From Acutalibacteraceae bacterium (GTDB lineage Bacteria > Bacillota > Clostridia > Oscillospirales > Acutalibacteraceae), in contig JAZQVR010000010.1 of NCBI GenBank assembly GCA_045631965.1, positions 1 through 64,000 on the forward strand: DNA of 64,000 bases, in the 5' to 3' direction. Position numbers and translations under genes: made by a program. Below the pieces are notes generated by a model. That model did not search any database. It was not told where the DNA came from and was given only the letters and a program-made list of their open reading frames with translations. Shown piece after piece: positions 1 through 10,249 of the stretch; position 1 is the stretch's first letter, and every line of letters begins with the position of its first letter.

Positions 1-369
1 CCTTGATCATCTCACCGCCGGATACATAGCGGTAATTCTTCCGCTGCTCCATCAGCCTGTCCAGCTCCTGAGAGTTTGGCTTGTCCATCAGCTCCCGCTT
101 GGGCGCGCCGGACAGGGCAATAATGCTGTCCCGATCAGAAACTGCCGCAATGCGCCCGGTGTTCGAACCAATACAGTCGCAGATCTGTGCGGCAAAATCC
201 TGCAGATCCCCCATGGGAGAATACTTCCGGAAGATCACGCCCCCATCCTTTTCCGTGTAAATTTCAAGGGGATCACCCTCACGAATCTTGAGGGTCCTTC
301 TAATCTCTTTGGGAATAACGATACGACCTAAATCGTCTACACGACGAACAATTCCTGTTGCTTTCATAT
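1..369 (-). CDS. spoVT: Stage V sporulation protein T (SpoVT), partial: N-terminal AbrB-type swapped-hairpin DNA-binding domain plus the start of the GAF-like domain. The C-terminus runs off the window edge.
   Basis: Reverse-strand translation from the ATG at 367-369 begins MKATGIVRRVDDLGRIVIPKEIRR...REGDPLEIYTEKDGGVIFRKYSP...DFA...SDRDSIIALSG, collinear with B. subtilis SpoVT (AbrB-N domain followed by KYSP..DFA..CDRD..IAVSG). The ORF continues past position 1. Confidence 0.75.
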
Positions 370-731
370 TTCTATCTCCTTTTACGATACATTTGGCGGG
401 CGGCAGGTTGCCGCCCCTACATTTAAAAATGTTGGTGCGTGCTTGTAGGGGCGGGTATCAGCCGCCCGCCTACAATTATTTTACAAATTACGCTGTTAGT
501 ATCTGTAAACACAAGGGATTTATACGCACTAAATCAATGTGTATTTATGAAGGTAACCACCATAAATACATACGAAATATATGCATCAAAAGGCGTTTTT
601 CTGCCTATGGTATTTTTATTGTATATATGATATACTTAAATCGCAAATAAAACTGTCCCTCGCGAAAAAACAAGCTGTGTTATAACCAACACAGATAATA
701 GAGGAATAATCAATTCGACAAACTTGAATTT

Positions 732-1841
732 ATGGAGAATATTACAATGCTTGATAAAGTTCATAGAAAACCCCCAAATTTCGTGTTAACAGTAATTTGT
801 TGTGTGATTGTAATTTTTTTAATGGGCTGTGGATCAGAATCTGAGATAGAGAGCACAGAGGATCAGAATTCACAAAATGTTGTAGAGGCTACTACAAACG
901 AAAATACAAAGGATGATGACGCTGTATTTCATATAGACCTGACAAAGATATCTCCAATGATCCAGGAAAATGTAAGCGAAAATGTAGTTGTAGCAGCAAA
1001 AACAGTAATAGAGGGATTCTTACGATATGAGAACAGTGTTGAGATAGAAGTAAGTGGGAATAGTCAACGATTTTTAAACGATATGGCATATGTGATTCAC
1101 TGCACTTGTCCAATGTTTGGTGCTTTTACTGATTTTAATGAGATGTCTTCCTATGATGATGCATCAGGAAAAGTATCATGGGAATTTTTTGTAGAGGAAG
1201 CAGAATTTGATAGTAAACGGCAAGCTTTTTATGATGTGACTAAGACATATTTGTCCAATATAAAGTCAACAGATAGCGAAGCAATGCGTGCGATGCTTTT
1301 GTATTATGCAGTGATTGACGATTTGAACTATGATTTTGATTTGCTTGGCGAGAATTATGAGAAGTTGAGTAAAGAAGAAGCGAATTTGAAATCTTCACCA
1401 TATTATGTACTTGCAGAAAAAAGTGGTATTTGCACTAATATTGCGCAGGCATATATGTTTTTGTGTACACAGGCGGATATAGCTTGCGGAACGGTTTTAC
1501 ATATGGGTGGTAGTGGTATGCATATGTGGAATATCGTCCAGATCGATGACAAGTTCTATTATTGTGATCCTACTTGGGATGCGAATACCTCTCTTAAATA
1601 TTTCGGAATCACAGCAGCAGATCGAGCAAGCTGGGCAGGAGAGTATTCGGCGGATGATGGAACAATGCTTTCTATCACAATCCTTGAAAAATACGAGATA
1701 TCCGATTCTCGATTCGAAGTATTAAGAGGTAAATTGCCAGTAGAAATATCAGAGGTAAAAGTAGATAGAAAATTGCAGACCATTACATTTGTGGGATATG
1801 AATATGAATACGTCTTTGAATGCAAAGGGGCTGTGGAGTAA
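732..1841 (+). CDS. Lipoprotein with C-terminal transglutaminase-like cysteine protease domain
   Basis: Signal peptide plus lipobox (VIFLMGC|GSE). Cys/His/Asp core motifs GICTNIAQAYMFLC ... HMWNIVQIDDKFYYCDPTWD are typical of the transglutaminase-like superfamily. Confidence 0.6.
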   Translation: MENITMLDKVHRKPPNFVLTVICCVIVIFLMGCGSESEIESTEDQNSQNVVEATTNENTKDDDAVFHIDLTKISPMIQENVSENVVVAAKTVIEGFLRYENSVEIEVSGNSQRFLNDMAYVIHCTCPMFGAFTDFNEMSSYDDASGKVSWEFFVEEAEFDSKRQAFYDVTKTYLSNIKSTDSEAMRAMLLYYAVIDDLNYDFDLLGENYEKLSKEEANLKSSPYYVLAEKSGICTNIAQAYMFLCTQADIACGTVLHMGGSGMHMWNIVQIDDKFYYCDPTWDANTSLKYFGITAADRASWAGEYSADDGTMLSITILEKYEISDSRFEVLRGKLPVEISEVKVDRKLQTITFVGYEYEYVFECKGAVE

Positions 1842-1943
1842 CAATGCAGTCTGTGACTTGACATTTACCAACAAACACTTTAACATCATTTATTTCGATA
1901 TGAAGAAAAGATAGATAAATTCCAATATGTCAAACTGTACATA

Positions 1944-1970
1944 ACGCCCTGTGGAGTAACCACGGGGCGT
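1944..1970. terminator. GC-rich hairpin (cgccctgtgg-agtaa-ccacggggcg) between convergent genes; putative bidirectional terminator
   Basis: About 10-bp stem with one G-U wobble, flanked by A/T-rich sequence. It lies between the stop codons at 1841 (+) and 1996 (-). Confidence 0.4.
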
Positions 1971-1995
1971 TATTGATCTATATGGGATGTACAGC

Positions 1996-2178
1996 TTAGT
2001 GCTTGCTGCCTAAGACACGATCACCAAAGGCTAGTATTCCACGAATAAAGAGGTCGGATGATATAAGTGTTGTATATGAGGGGTCGCCCTCGCGGATTCT
2101 CATTGTGCGACGAATTTCTTTCGGAATGACAACCCTGCCGAGATCATCAATACGGCGTACAATACCTGTTGCTTTCAT
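1996..2178 (-). CDS. Short AbrB/SpoVT-family N-domain protein (60 aa); C-terminal part atypical and possibly degenerate
   Basis: The first 33 aa (MKATGIVRRIDDLGRVVIPKEIRRTMRIREGDP) are near-identical to the SpoVT/AbrB N-domain. After GDP the frame no longer resembles AbrB, but a +1 shifted frame gives PLIY..IIRPLYS, which is reminiscent of PLEIY..IFRKYSP. Confidence 0.5.
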   Translation of the reverse strand: MKATGIVRRIDDLGRVVIPKEIRRTMRIREGDPSYTTLISSDLFIRGILAFGDRVLGSKH

Positions 2179-2516
2179 AAAAATATCTTTCTCTTTGTTT
2201 TACGTTGCGTTAATTCGGGAGGCGAAACGCCTCCCCTACACAAATTTTGAAATTGTGTTGTTATGATATGTGAAACTTGGAGATTTATACTTTACAAATA
2301 TGCATAAAAATAAAAACAGGGTATCTCAACTAAACATTTAAACGTTCAAATGTCAACCATCAGCATCATAAATGTTTTCGAATATAGCCATCGAATTTTT
2401 CAATAGTAAATAAAATCGCATCGATAAATACGGATGATAACTTGACTTGTATTTTCACATTTGGATCCTTCCAAGCACTTTAAAGGCAAGTGAAAATGTT
2501 AATCCAAAAACGTCAA

Positions 2517-2544
2517 AAAGTGCCTTGAATCATCAAGGCACTTT
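2517..2544 (-). terminator. Rho-independent terminator at the 3' end of the Tad operon
   Basis: Hairpin aaagtgccttga-atcat-caaggcacttt. On the minus strand it is followed by TTTTTTGACGTTTTTGG, directly downstream of the TadG-like stop codon (2595). Confidence 0.55.
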
Positions 2545-2594
2545 GTTATATCTGTTGTGGAACTGCGTCATAATATATTCTGTTCTTTGAGCTT

Positions 2595-4361
2595 TTACTC
2601 AATAAGCACCGCAGCTTTTACTGATTTTGAAAAGGGAAGTTCGCGGTCGTTACTGCCCATAGTCAGACCACTCGGATTGCAGGTAATTGTGTCACCTATG
2701 ATGCTGCCGTGGATATCAAAATCACCCGAAGCGAGTGCAACATTGCCTTTGGGTGCATAAATTATTCCCCACAAATCAAAACCGCCCTGCTGAGAATAGA
2801 GTGTGATATCGCCTTTGCGTGAATAGATAGAAAGTGTTCCGCCGGCTTCATTGTATGTGTGTGTGCTGCCGCCGATTTTTATATCGTCTTCAGCTATCAT
2901 ACATCCGCTCAATGTAATGCCGCTTGAGCCTTGATTTGTTGAAAGCTTGCCGCCGCTGTATATAATACCTTTTATATTGTATTCTCCCTGACCTGAAAGT
3001 AGGAGCTCTTTTTTTCTGTTGTAAAGGTCGCCATTGAGAGTGAACGGACCTGCAATATCGGTTGCAGGTGATTCGTCGGTTGCGTTATTACCCCAGACAT
3101 AAATATCGCCGTTTACGGTAGTGCCGCCGCTTTGCAATTTAAGCGTATCATAAACATACATCTTTCCATTCACGCTCATAGATACACTGCCTTGCTTATC
3201 AAAAACTCCTCGGCAATAAACCGGGCCGTTAAAGGTTGCAGGACCGTTTAACGTCACATTACCGCCGACATAGGTTTCGCAGTCACACAGCAGACTGTAG
3301 CTTGAGCCGCGCGTAAGTTTACCGCCGGTATAAAAATAGTTGCCGTAAATATTTGTGTTGCCCTGCAGTGTAGTGTTACCGGCTACATATAAATTGCCGC
3401 CGACGCTGAAAGATTTGTCCCATGTAGTGGTCAGGTTTCCGCCGCAGTACATATTGCCCTTAACGTAAACGGGACACAGTGGATTGAAATCACCCTCGAT
3501 ATACAAATCGCCGTATATAATAAGCACATCGGAAGAATAGCTTGTCGAAAGAGTGCCCGCACAGTAAGTGTTACCGTTAATTGATATGGATGAATTTATT
3601 GTTGTGCCTGCAGCATAACGGTTGATATAAAAATTCAATTTTTCAACAGGAGCATAGTATTTTTGGAACATTGCTTCTGATGCAACCGGAGCAACAGCCA
3701 TAATTGTTGCATCAAAATCCGGCATTCCCTGAGATTTCACGTAATCTTTAAGTTGATTTACTGTTACGCTGTATTGGTTATAATCTGCATCCTGAGCTGA
3801 AAAAATCGTTCCGGTTATTGTGCTGCCGCCACCGTTGGCATATACGTTTCCGTTGCCGAAAATACTGCCGTCGATATTGTAGTGGCCGTTTAAGTTGAAC
3901 TGTGAATTATCGCCGTGGAACATAAGATACTCAAAATCTATCGCCATATTTTTGTTGACATAGCGTGCCGCAGCTTTGGCATTTATCTGAACGGAATCGA
4001 TATCGAAAAGGCTTGCAAAAATTGTTTCACACTTTCTTGAATCGGAAACGCGGACTATTTCGTCGCTCGGAAATTCAACAACTACGCTGTCAGTTGTAAA
4101 GCCGTTTTTTTCAACGTATTCGAGTGCAACCGCTTTTGCGGTCTGCTTATCCGGCATATAGCATACAGCAGCAAGTGCCGCAGAATCCATTGCGCTTTGA
4201 AGTTTGCTTTTCTGGTGGTATTTAAGTCCCATATCCGTGACAAGTGAAGCTATGGATAAAAAAGCTACAAGGCACAGTGCCGCAATAACCATTACAGCGC
4301 CGTTTTCTTCTTTCGCAAAAGATTTAATTCGGTTTCTCAGCATTGCAAGCACTCCCTTCAA
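2595..4361 (-). CDS. TadG-like large pilus-associated protein (TadE/TadG N-terminal domain plus long Gly/Asn-rich beta-helix-like repeat region)
   Basis: N-terminal TM segment with TadE/G-like motif (NGAVMVIAALCLVAFLSIASLVTDMGLKY). The C-terminal ~400 aa has repeated GGN-x-Y/V-x-GN units. It is the last gene of the tad operon. Confidence 0.55.
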   Translation of the reverse strand: MKGVLAMLRNRIKSFAKEENGAVMVIAALCLVAFLSIASLVTDMGLKYHQKSKLQSAMDSAALAAVCYMPDKQTAKAVALEYVEKNGFTTDSVVVEFPSDEIVRVSDSRKCETIFASLFDIDSVQINAKAAARYVNKNMAIDFEYLMFHGDNSQFNLNGHYNIDGSIFGNGNVYANGGGSTITGTIFSAQDADYNQYSVTVNQLKDYVKSQGMPDFDATIMAVAPVASEAMFQKYYAPVEKLNFYINRYAAGTTINSSISINGNTYCAGTLSTSYSSDVLIIYGDLYIEGDFNPLCPVYVKGNMYCGGNLTTTWDKSFSVGGNLYVAGNTTLQGNTNIYGNYFYTGGKLTRGSSYSLLCDCETYVGGNVTLNGPATFNGPVYCRGVFDKQGSVSMSVNGKMYVYDTLKLQSGGTTVNGDIYVWGNNATDESPATDIAGPFTLNGDLYNRKKELLLSGQGEYNIKGIIYSGGKLSTNQGSSGITLSGCMIAEDDIKIGGSTHTYNEAGGTLSIYSRKGDITLYSQQGGFDLWGIIYAPKGNVALASGDFDIHGSIIGDTITCNPSGLTMGSNDRELPFSKSVKAAVLIE

Positions 4362-4376
4362 AAGGTAATACCGTTT

Positions 4377-5369
4377 TTATTTTTCCTGTGCAGAATCGAT
4401 TGATTGTTTCAGCTGTTCTATCTGCTTGGTCAGTTCGCTGAGGGTAAGTTCTGCGCGGTCAACATAGTAGCCGTAAAGCTTAAGCTCTTTCTGTATTGCA
4501 AGTTTATCCTTGGCGTGCTCGGTTTCAAGCGAATTTATTTTTTCCGCGTGTTCAAATGCCTTGATTTTGTTTTCATCCTTCAGGCGGAGAATTTCTTCTT
4601 CGCTTTCGTTGACACGTTGACTCAATACACTGTTTTTGATTTCAAGCTCTGCAGATTGCTTTTTGACTTTTTCCGTTTCTGCAAGCAGTGTATTTATCTC
4701 AGCCGCTTTTCCCTCAAGTTCCGCATTCTTTTCCGCAAGTGATTTTTCTTTTGCGGTGAGTAATGCTTTGGCAGCCTCAAGCTGTGCAAAAACCGTCTTG
4801 TATTCTTCAATTATATTTTCGCTTTTCTGAACTTTGTTCAGAAGCTCTGCGTTTTCGCGTTTTAACGCTTCAACATTTGCTTTAAGATCTGAGTTTTCGG
4901 TTTCGAGGGAACTTATTTTCTCCGTATAATCCTTTTCCGTAGCATTGTTTTGATATAACTTCAAGGAATCATTTTCGTTTTCAAGCATTTCACAGCGTGC
5001 TTTGAGCTCGGCAATAATTTTTTCGTATTCTTCACTGTCTGCTGATGTACCGGGGATTTCCAAAGAATCAAGTTTTGCCTGACACTCTCTATATTTTTCG
5101 CTGTATAAGTTGCGTTCTCTGTTGGAAAGAATAAGTTCTTCCTTGATTGAAGAAAGCTTTGATTCATGCATACGGGACTCGGATTTATAGGTATGCGTAA
5201 GCTCGTTTATATAGTAAGCTACTTCATCGGGGTCGTAGCCGTAAAGCACTTTTTTGAAAAGTGTTTCAATGTCTTTGCTTTCTTTGCCGCGTGCGGGCGG
5301 ATTTATCTCTGCGTTCTTTGTTTCCTCAAGTACGGTACCTTTTACGGCTTCGTTTTTATTTTTCTTCAT
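4377..5369 (-). CDS. DivIVA-domain coiled-coil protein embedded in the Tad operon
   Basis: The N-terminal motif LFKKVLYGYDPDEVAYYINEL matches the DivIVA N-domain (F..GYD..EV..F). The remaining ~280 aa is heptad-rich, E/K/L coiled-coil sequence. Confidence 0.5.
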   Translation of the reverse strand: MKKNKNEAVKGTVLEETKNAEINPPARGKESKDIETLFKKVLYGYDPDEVAYYINELTHTYKSESRMHESKLSSIKEELILSNRERNLYSEKYRECQAKLDSLEIPGTSADSEEYEKIIAELKARCEMLENENDSLKLYQNNATEKDYTEKISSLETENSDLKANVEALKRENAELLNKVQKSENIIEEYKTVFAQLEAAKALLTAKEKSLAEKNAELEGKAAEINTLLAETEKVKKQSAELEIKNSVLSQRVNESEEEILRLKDENKIKAFEHAEKINSLETEHAKDKLAIQKELKLYGYYVDRAELTLSELTKQIEQLKQSIDSAQEK

Positions 5370-5731
5370 TTTTCATCCCCCACAGTTATTTTTAGTGAGT
5401 CACCTTCATGTATTCCGAGCTGTGCGGCGGCAAATGCTTTAACTTCAATTACGCTTCTTGCCTGCTTTACGGTTTTGCAGATTTTGCCCGGCTGTATGTT
5501 GCGTTCTATTTTTACAACTGTGTTTGCTTTATCAAGGTATATAACATCAATTGCAAATTTCATATTCAGCATATGTATCTGATTACACGGAGTAATAACC
5601 AACGCATAATCGTCCGCTATTGATTTGCGGAACATCAGCCCTCTGAAACGGGTAAAGAACGAATCGGCAAGCTCTGCATTTTTTGTAACTATTATATTGT
5701 TATTAATAATTATTATCTTTTTCATAAGCAT
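5366..5731 (-). CDS. DUF192 (COG1430) family protein
   Basis: Size (~120 aa) and motifs (RFRGLM...PCNQIHM...GD.L) fit DUF192. The start overlaps the upstream tadC stop. Confidence 0.5.
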   Translation of the reverse strand: MLMKKIIIINNNIIVTKNAELADSFFTRFRGLMFRKSIADDYALVITPCNQIHMLNMKFAIDVIYLDKANTVVKIERNIQPGKICKTVKQARSVIEVKAFAAAQLGIHEGDSLKITVGDEK

Positions 5732-6663
5732 TAAAATGTATCCAGTATATTAAGAACTGTCGGGCCCATAAGAATTATAAAAACTACGGGGAAGATAAAC
5801 AGCAGCATCGGCAACAGCATTTTGATAGAAGCCTTCATACCTTTTTCTTTTGCCTGCTGGCTTCTTTCTATACGCAGCTGTTCGGATTGTGCACGCATTA
5901 CGTTGTTGATCGGTATGCCGAGCTGTTCTGCCTGAACAAGTGCGGAAGCAAAGGTTTTGAGTTCGTCGAGGTTTGTTGCATCGCAAAGATTCTGCAAGGC
6001 TTCGCGTCTTGTTCTGCCCATCTGAATTTCGCGGTATACGATAAGAAGCTCATCAATAAACGGTCCCTTGAGCTTTTGCGAAACCTTTAAAAGTGCCGCA
6101 TCGAAGCCGAGACCTGCTTCAATACATACGCAAAGCATATCCATTGCATCGGGCAGCTGTCTTTTAATGCCTTTCTGATGGCTTGATACGCGTGAGCGAA
6201 GGTACATTGTAGGTCCCATAATACCTATCAGTACGCCTGACATAAGAATAAGCAGAGATATGAGCGCCTGAACTTTTACCGCAAGCATAATTACAAGCGT
6301 CAGAAAAACAGAACCGATCAAAAACGCATACTTTATAAACTGAAAATCGGAAGCTTCCATAAATATGCCGGCATAACGAAGCTGTTTGCGGATGGCTTCA
6401 AGTGCTTTCGTTTTACGTGCACTTTTCTTTTGAGGAAGGAGCTTGTTGAATTTAGCTAAAACGCTTTTTACACCCTTGCCGATAACTCTTTCGTAAAATG
6501 GAAGCTCCAGCTCTTTAAATATAGGCTGACCGACTGAATTGTTGATTCTGTCAATCCTGCTTCGTTTTTTATCTGATTTCCGACCTGCGGGAGAAGCCAG
6601 CAGGACTACCAGAATAAACGCAAGGAACGAATAAGCAATAACGAGAAATTCCAAAAAGCTCAC
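5731..6663 (-). CDS. tadC: Tad pilus inner-membrane platform protein TadC (T2SS-F domain)
   Basis: Polytopic membrane protein with a GspF-like cytoplasmic domain, immediately downstream of tadB in the operon. Confidence 0.7.
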   Translation of the reverse strand: MSFLEFLVIAYSFLAFILVVLLASPAGRKSDKKRSRIDRINNSVGQPIFKELELPFYERVIGKGVKSVLAKFNKLLPQKKSARKTKALEAIRKQLRYAGIFMEASDFQFIKYAFLIGSVFLTLVIMLAVKVQALISLLILMSGVLIGIMGPTMYLRSRVSSHQKGIKRQLPDAMDMLCVCIEAGLGFDAALLKVSQKLKGPFIDELLIVYREIQMGRTRREALQNLCDATNLDELKTFASALVQAEQLGIPINNVMRAQSEQLRIERSQQAKEKGMKASIKMLLPMLLFIFPVVFIILMGPTVLNILDTF

Positions 6664-6670
6664 CTCCGTA

Positions 6671-7663
6671 TCAATAGTCTATGGAAACTACCTTTCTTAT
6701 TGCGAAAAATCCGATTACTTCCATTACAACGGAAATTATAAGCATTATGTTGCCTATCTTTGTGGTAAAGAAGGATGACATATAATCCGGATTTACTACC
6801 ATCAGCACTGCCGCTATACCTATCGGCAGTGCACCTATAATCAGTCCTGACATTCGTCCCTGAGCGGTGATGGAGTTTATTTCGCCTTTGATTTTTATTC
6901 TTTCGCGGATTGTGTGGGAAATTGTTGAAAGCATTTCAGAAAGATTGCCGCCCGTTGTGCGCTGAATAAGCACTGCGGAAACTACAAGCATAAGGTCAGC
7001 GCTTTTAACACGGTCGCACATATTATTGAGTGCCTCTTCCATTGTTGCACCGTAACGGATTTCGTTACAGACTCTGCCGAATTCTATACCTATCGGAGGC
7101 GGCATATCATTGGCTACGTTTTCCATAACCTGGTTGAATGAAAAGCCCGAACGTAAACCGTTACACATCATTATCAGGGTATCGCCAAGCTGTGATTCAA
7201 AGTTTTTTCTGCGTTTATCCTTTTTTATTTTGATGAAAACAATCGGAATAAAAGCACCTATTGCCGCAAGCGTTGCCGAAGGCATAATACCCAGACGGAA
7301 CAATGCTGCAAGTCCTGCCGGAACAAAGGTAAGCACTATCCATATAAGAGTGAATTCTTCGGGCTTCATCATTATATCGGCCAGAATAAGCTCATTGAAA
7401 ATTGTATCCATAAGCTTTTTACGCTGTACCGAATGTTTGCCGTCGCTGTTAATGGCTCTTTTTAAAATTGAGGATTTGCGTTCTTTTTTCTTTTCCTGAA
7501 TCTGCAGGGTAAGCCCGCTTTTTTTGCTCGCTATTTTATCAACACGCTTTTCAACGGTGCGACGGCTTTGGGTTGCCGTGCCCATAATGCTGACCCAGAG
7601 AAAGAAGCTGAACAGAGCTATCGCAACGGCAAGAATAATTGTACTAATTTGTAAACCATTCAT
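6671..7663 (-). CDS. tadB: Tad pilus inner-membrane platform protein TadB (T2SS-F domain)
   Basis: Membrane protein with GspF-type motifs (NEIRYGATMEEAL). Its start overlaps the tadA stop. Confidence 0.7.
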   Translation of the reverse strand: MNGLQISTIILAVAIALFSFFLWVSIMGTATQSRRTVEKRVDKIASKKSGLTLQIQEKKKERKSSILKRAINSDGKHSVQRKKLMDTIFNELILADIMMKPEEFTLIWIVLTFVPAGLAALFRLGIMPSATLAAIGAFIPIVFIKIKKDKRRKNFESQLGDTLIMMCNGLRSGFSFNQVMENVANDMPPPIGIEFGRVCNEIRYGATMEEALNNMCDRVKSADLMLVVSAVLIQRTTGGNLSEMLSTISHTIRERIKIKGEINSITAQGRMSGLIIGALPIGIAAVLMVVNPDYMSSFFTTKIGNIMLIISVVMEVIGFFAIRKVVSIDY

Positions 7664-9005
7664 TATTGACCGTCACTCCGTTTCCTTTGATTTTTTCGAG
7701 GCATTTCGGTCTTACTCCGGTTGCATGGAATTTGCCCACGAATTTGCCCGAGGTATCAACCGTGCCGTCAGTTTCGTAAACAAAGATATCCTGCATGCTT
7801 ACTATATCGCCTTCCATACCTATTACTTCGGTTATGGAAGTTATTTTTCTTGTACCGTCGCGCAGACGGCTCTGCTGAACGATAAGGTCAATAGCTGAAG
7901 AAATCTGGTCTCTGATAGCTTTGAGCGGCAGTTCCATACCACTCATAAGAACCATTGTTTCAAGTCTTGCTACGGTATCACGCGGCGAGTTCGCATGGGT
8001 TGTGGTAAGCGAACCGTCGTGACCTGTGTTCATAGCCTGAAGCATATCCAGCGTTTCTTCCGAACGGACTTCACCGACGATTATTCTGTCGGGACGCATA
8101 CGAAGCGCGTTCTTTACAAGGTTACGGATTGTAACCGCACCCTTGCCTTCGAGGTTAGCAGGTCTTGCTTCAAGTGTGATAACATGCTCCTGCTTAAGCT
8201 GGACTTCCGCAGCGTCTTCAATTGTGACAATACGTTCATCCTCGGGAATGTAAGATGAAAGAACATTCAGAAGAGTTGTTTTTCCCGAACCGGTACCGCC
8301 CGCAACAACTATATTCAGTTTACCCTTTACACAAGCTTCAAGGAAATGGAGCATATCGGGGGTGAGTGAACCGAACTTTAAAAGCTGCTGTGCAGTTATC
8401 GGCTTTTTGCCGAACTTTCTTATTGTAAGCACAGGGCCTATAAGAGATAGCGGAGGAATGATAGCGTTCACACGGGAGCCGTCGGCAAGTCTGGCATCAA
8501 CCATAGGGCTTGCTTCGTCAACATGTCTGCCGACATTTGAAACTATACGGTTTATAATATTCATCAGGTGGTCTTCGTCCCTGAACTTGAGGTCGGTAAG
8601 CTTAAGCTTACCCTTATCTTCGATATATATCTTTTCCGGGCCGTTTACCATAATTTCGCTGATTGACGGATCCTGAACAAGTACCTCAATCGGGCCGTAG
8701 CCCATAATATCGTTAAAAAGATCTGTCGCAACCTTTTCTCTGTCAATACGCGGAATCAGAAATTCATCTTCATTGACTTTATCATCAACGATTTTGTACA
8801 TTACATCGCGGTCTGTTACGGTCTGACCGCTTTTGTTCATTTCGTCGATAATAGCTATATGAATTCTGCGTTTTGTTTCAAGATACGGGTCTTCAACCGT
8901 TTCTTCGGTTGCGGCTTTTTCTTTTGTTTTTTCAGCTTGTTCAGCTGTATCGCCTTTTTGTAACGGCAGTTTTTTCTGGCCGTCTATTCTGTCAAGAAGT
9001 CCCAT
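7644..9005 (-). CDS. cpaF: Tad pilus secretion ATPase TadA/CpaF (VirB11/GspE family)
   Basis: Walker [10 protein letters not shown], Asp box, Walker B and His box in the order typical of CpaF/TadA. About 450 aa. Confidence 0.9.
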   Translation of the reverse strand: MGLLDRIDGQKKLPLQKGDTAEQAEKTKEKAATEETVEDPYLETKRRIHIAIIDEMNKSGQTVTDRDVMYKIVDDKVNEDEFLIPRIDREKVATDLFNDIMGYGPIEVLVQDPSISEIMVNGPEKIYIEDKGKLKLTDLKFRDEDHLMNIINRIVSNVGRHVDEASPMVDARLADGSRVNAIIPPLSLIGPVLTIRKFGKKPITAQQLLKFGSLTPDMLHFLEACVKGKLNIVVAGGTGSGKTTLLNVLSSYIPEDERIVTIEDAAEVQLKQEHVITLEARPANLEGKGAVTIRNLVKNALRMRPDRIIVGEVRSEETLDMLQAMNTGHDGSLTTTHANSPRDTVARLETMVLMSGMELPLKAIRDQISSAIDLIVQQSRLRDGTRKITSITEVIGMEGDIVSMQDIFVYETDGTVDTSGKFVGKFHATGVRPKCLEKIKGNGVTVNNEWFTN

Positions 9006-9019
9006 ATCAAAACCTCACA

Positions 9020-10246
9020 TTACTTCTGCTTTTTCGTTAACGAAAAGCCTTTTTTCTTCGGTTGAGTGTTGTCTACGGGAACTATGCCCGTATGTACTTC
9101 GATTATTTTTTTTGCAAGATCGGATATACCCTTGGCAAGTGCCGACTTGGGTTGTGCAACCGTTACTGCCATACCCTTGTTCACGCTTGTAAGTGCTGCA
9201 GGGTAATCAGCGGAAATCTGTGCAAACAGATCCATTCCGAACATTTCGGTAAAATCTTCAGGTTTAATCAGGCTTTTTTCAATTCTGTTCAGCACAAACC
9301 TGATTTTATCGCGCTGATGAAGCTGGTCGAGTATCGTATAGCACACCTTTGCGTTGTTGAGTGAAAGAATTTCGTTGTTGTAAACCAAGAAAATTTCTTC
9401 ACAGTTTTCACAGGCTGTAATTACCGCATCATTGAAAGCTGAGGGCAAATCAATAATAATGTATTCGTAATACGGACGCATGATATCGATTATCCGCTCA
9501 ATATGCGTGGGTGTTACAAACTCGGCATATTCCGAACTCTTCGGCGCACAAAGCACGCTCATACCGCTTGAATGCTCAACGGCAAAACCGTTTATGTTTT
9601 CAATCGTGATACCGCCCCTGTCCTGAACAAGGTCAACAATAGAATTCTTTGTGTCCAGGTCAAGTGCCATTGATACATCGCCGAACTGCAGATCCAGATC
9701 AAGCAGCATTACTCTTTTGCCTGCCTTTGCAAGGCTTGCCGCAACACCGATTGCAAGCGTTGTTTTGCCCGTACCGCCTTTGCCGCCGAAAAATCCGAGT
9801 GCTTTGCAGCGCACCTTTTTGCCTTCGTTTGTGTCTAAAATACGTTGCTGTTCAAGTGAGTAAACCGTTTTGATATTTTCCGAAAAAGCTTCGCTGCTTA
9901 TTCCGTCAATCGGCAGAACCTTGCGTATACCATACTGTGCAGCTTTGTTTACAAGGTCGACGGTTATGTCGTCGTTGACAAGAATTACTATCAGCCCTTT
10001 GGCAACAGCAAGCAAATCCTGAACGAAACCAAACAGTGTATCCGGCACTTCGCCCCTGACTGCACAAAGAACGATTTCGGGATATTTGTTTATTATTTTT
10101 GTCTTACCTTCGGCCGAAAAGCCCGAATAACCGCTGATTGCAAACGCTTCATCGGCTACAAGATTTTTTGTCTCAATTCTTAAATCAAGGTCGTCCGACA
10201 AAATAAGTAAATTCATTTTTTCCATAGCCGTTTCATCTCCGATCAA
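9020..10246 (-). CDS. tadZ: TadZ/CpaE: N-terminal pseudo-receiver domain plus ParA/MinD-like ATPase
   Basis: Deviant Walker A GGKGGTGKTT in the C-terminal half and a receiver-like N-terminal domain. Position between cpaB and tadA. Confidence 0.75.
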   Translation of the reverse strand: MIGDETAMEKMNLLILSDDLDLRIETKNLVADEAFAISGYSGFSAEGKTKIINKYPEIVLCAVRGEVPDTLFGFVQDLLAVAKGLIVILVNDDITVDLVNKAAQYGIRKVLPIDGISSEAFSENIKTVYSLEQQRILDTNEGKKVRCKALGFFGGKGGTGKTTLAIGVAASLAKAGKRVMLLDLDLQFGDVSMALDLDTKNSIVDLVQDRGGITIENINGFAVEHSSGMSVLCAPKSSEYAEFVTPTHIERIIDIMRPYYEYIIIDLPSAFNDAVITACENCEEIFLVYNNEILSLNNAKVCYTILDQLHQRDKIRFVLNRIEKSLIKPEDFTEMFGMDLFAQISADYPAALTSVNKGMAVTVAQPKSALAKGISDLAKKIIEVHTGIVPVDNTQPKKKGFSLTKKQK

Positions 10247-10249
10247 TTA

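Noticed and set aside
1996-2178. A recent duplication or mobile copy of the spoVT 5' end
   Set aside because: The two copies differ at most synonymous positions and have unrelated flanks, so this is an ancient paralogy and not a recent duplication or IS-mediated copy.
4404-5623. Multiple 60-140-aa plus-strand ORFs (4404-4742, 4636-4830, 5166-5582, 5254-5442, 5408-5623) and many similar antisense ORFs throughout the window
   Set aside because: They lie entirely inside well-supported minus-strand genes (for example the DivIVA-like gene), have low-complexity translations, and have no RBS. They are shadow ORFs.
9020-10246. Two-component response regulator, suggested by the receiver-like N-terminal domain
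   Set aside because: The C-terminal half is a ParA/MinD-type ATPase (GGKGGTGKTT), and the operon context identifies it as TadZ/CpaE, whose N-domain is a pseudo-receiver.
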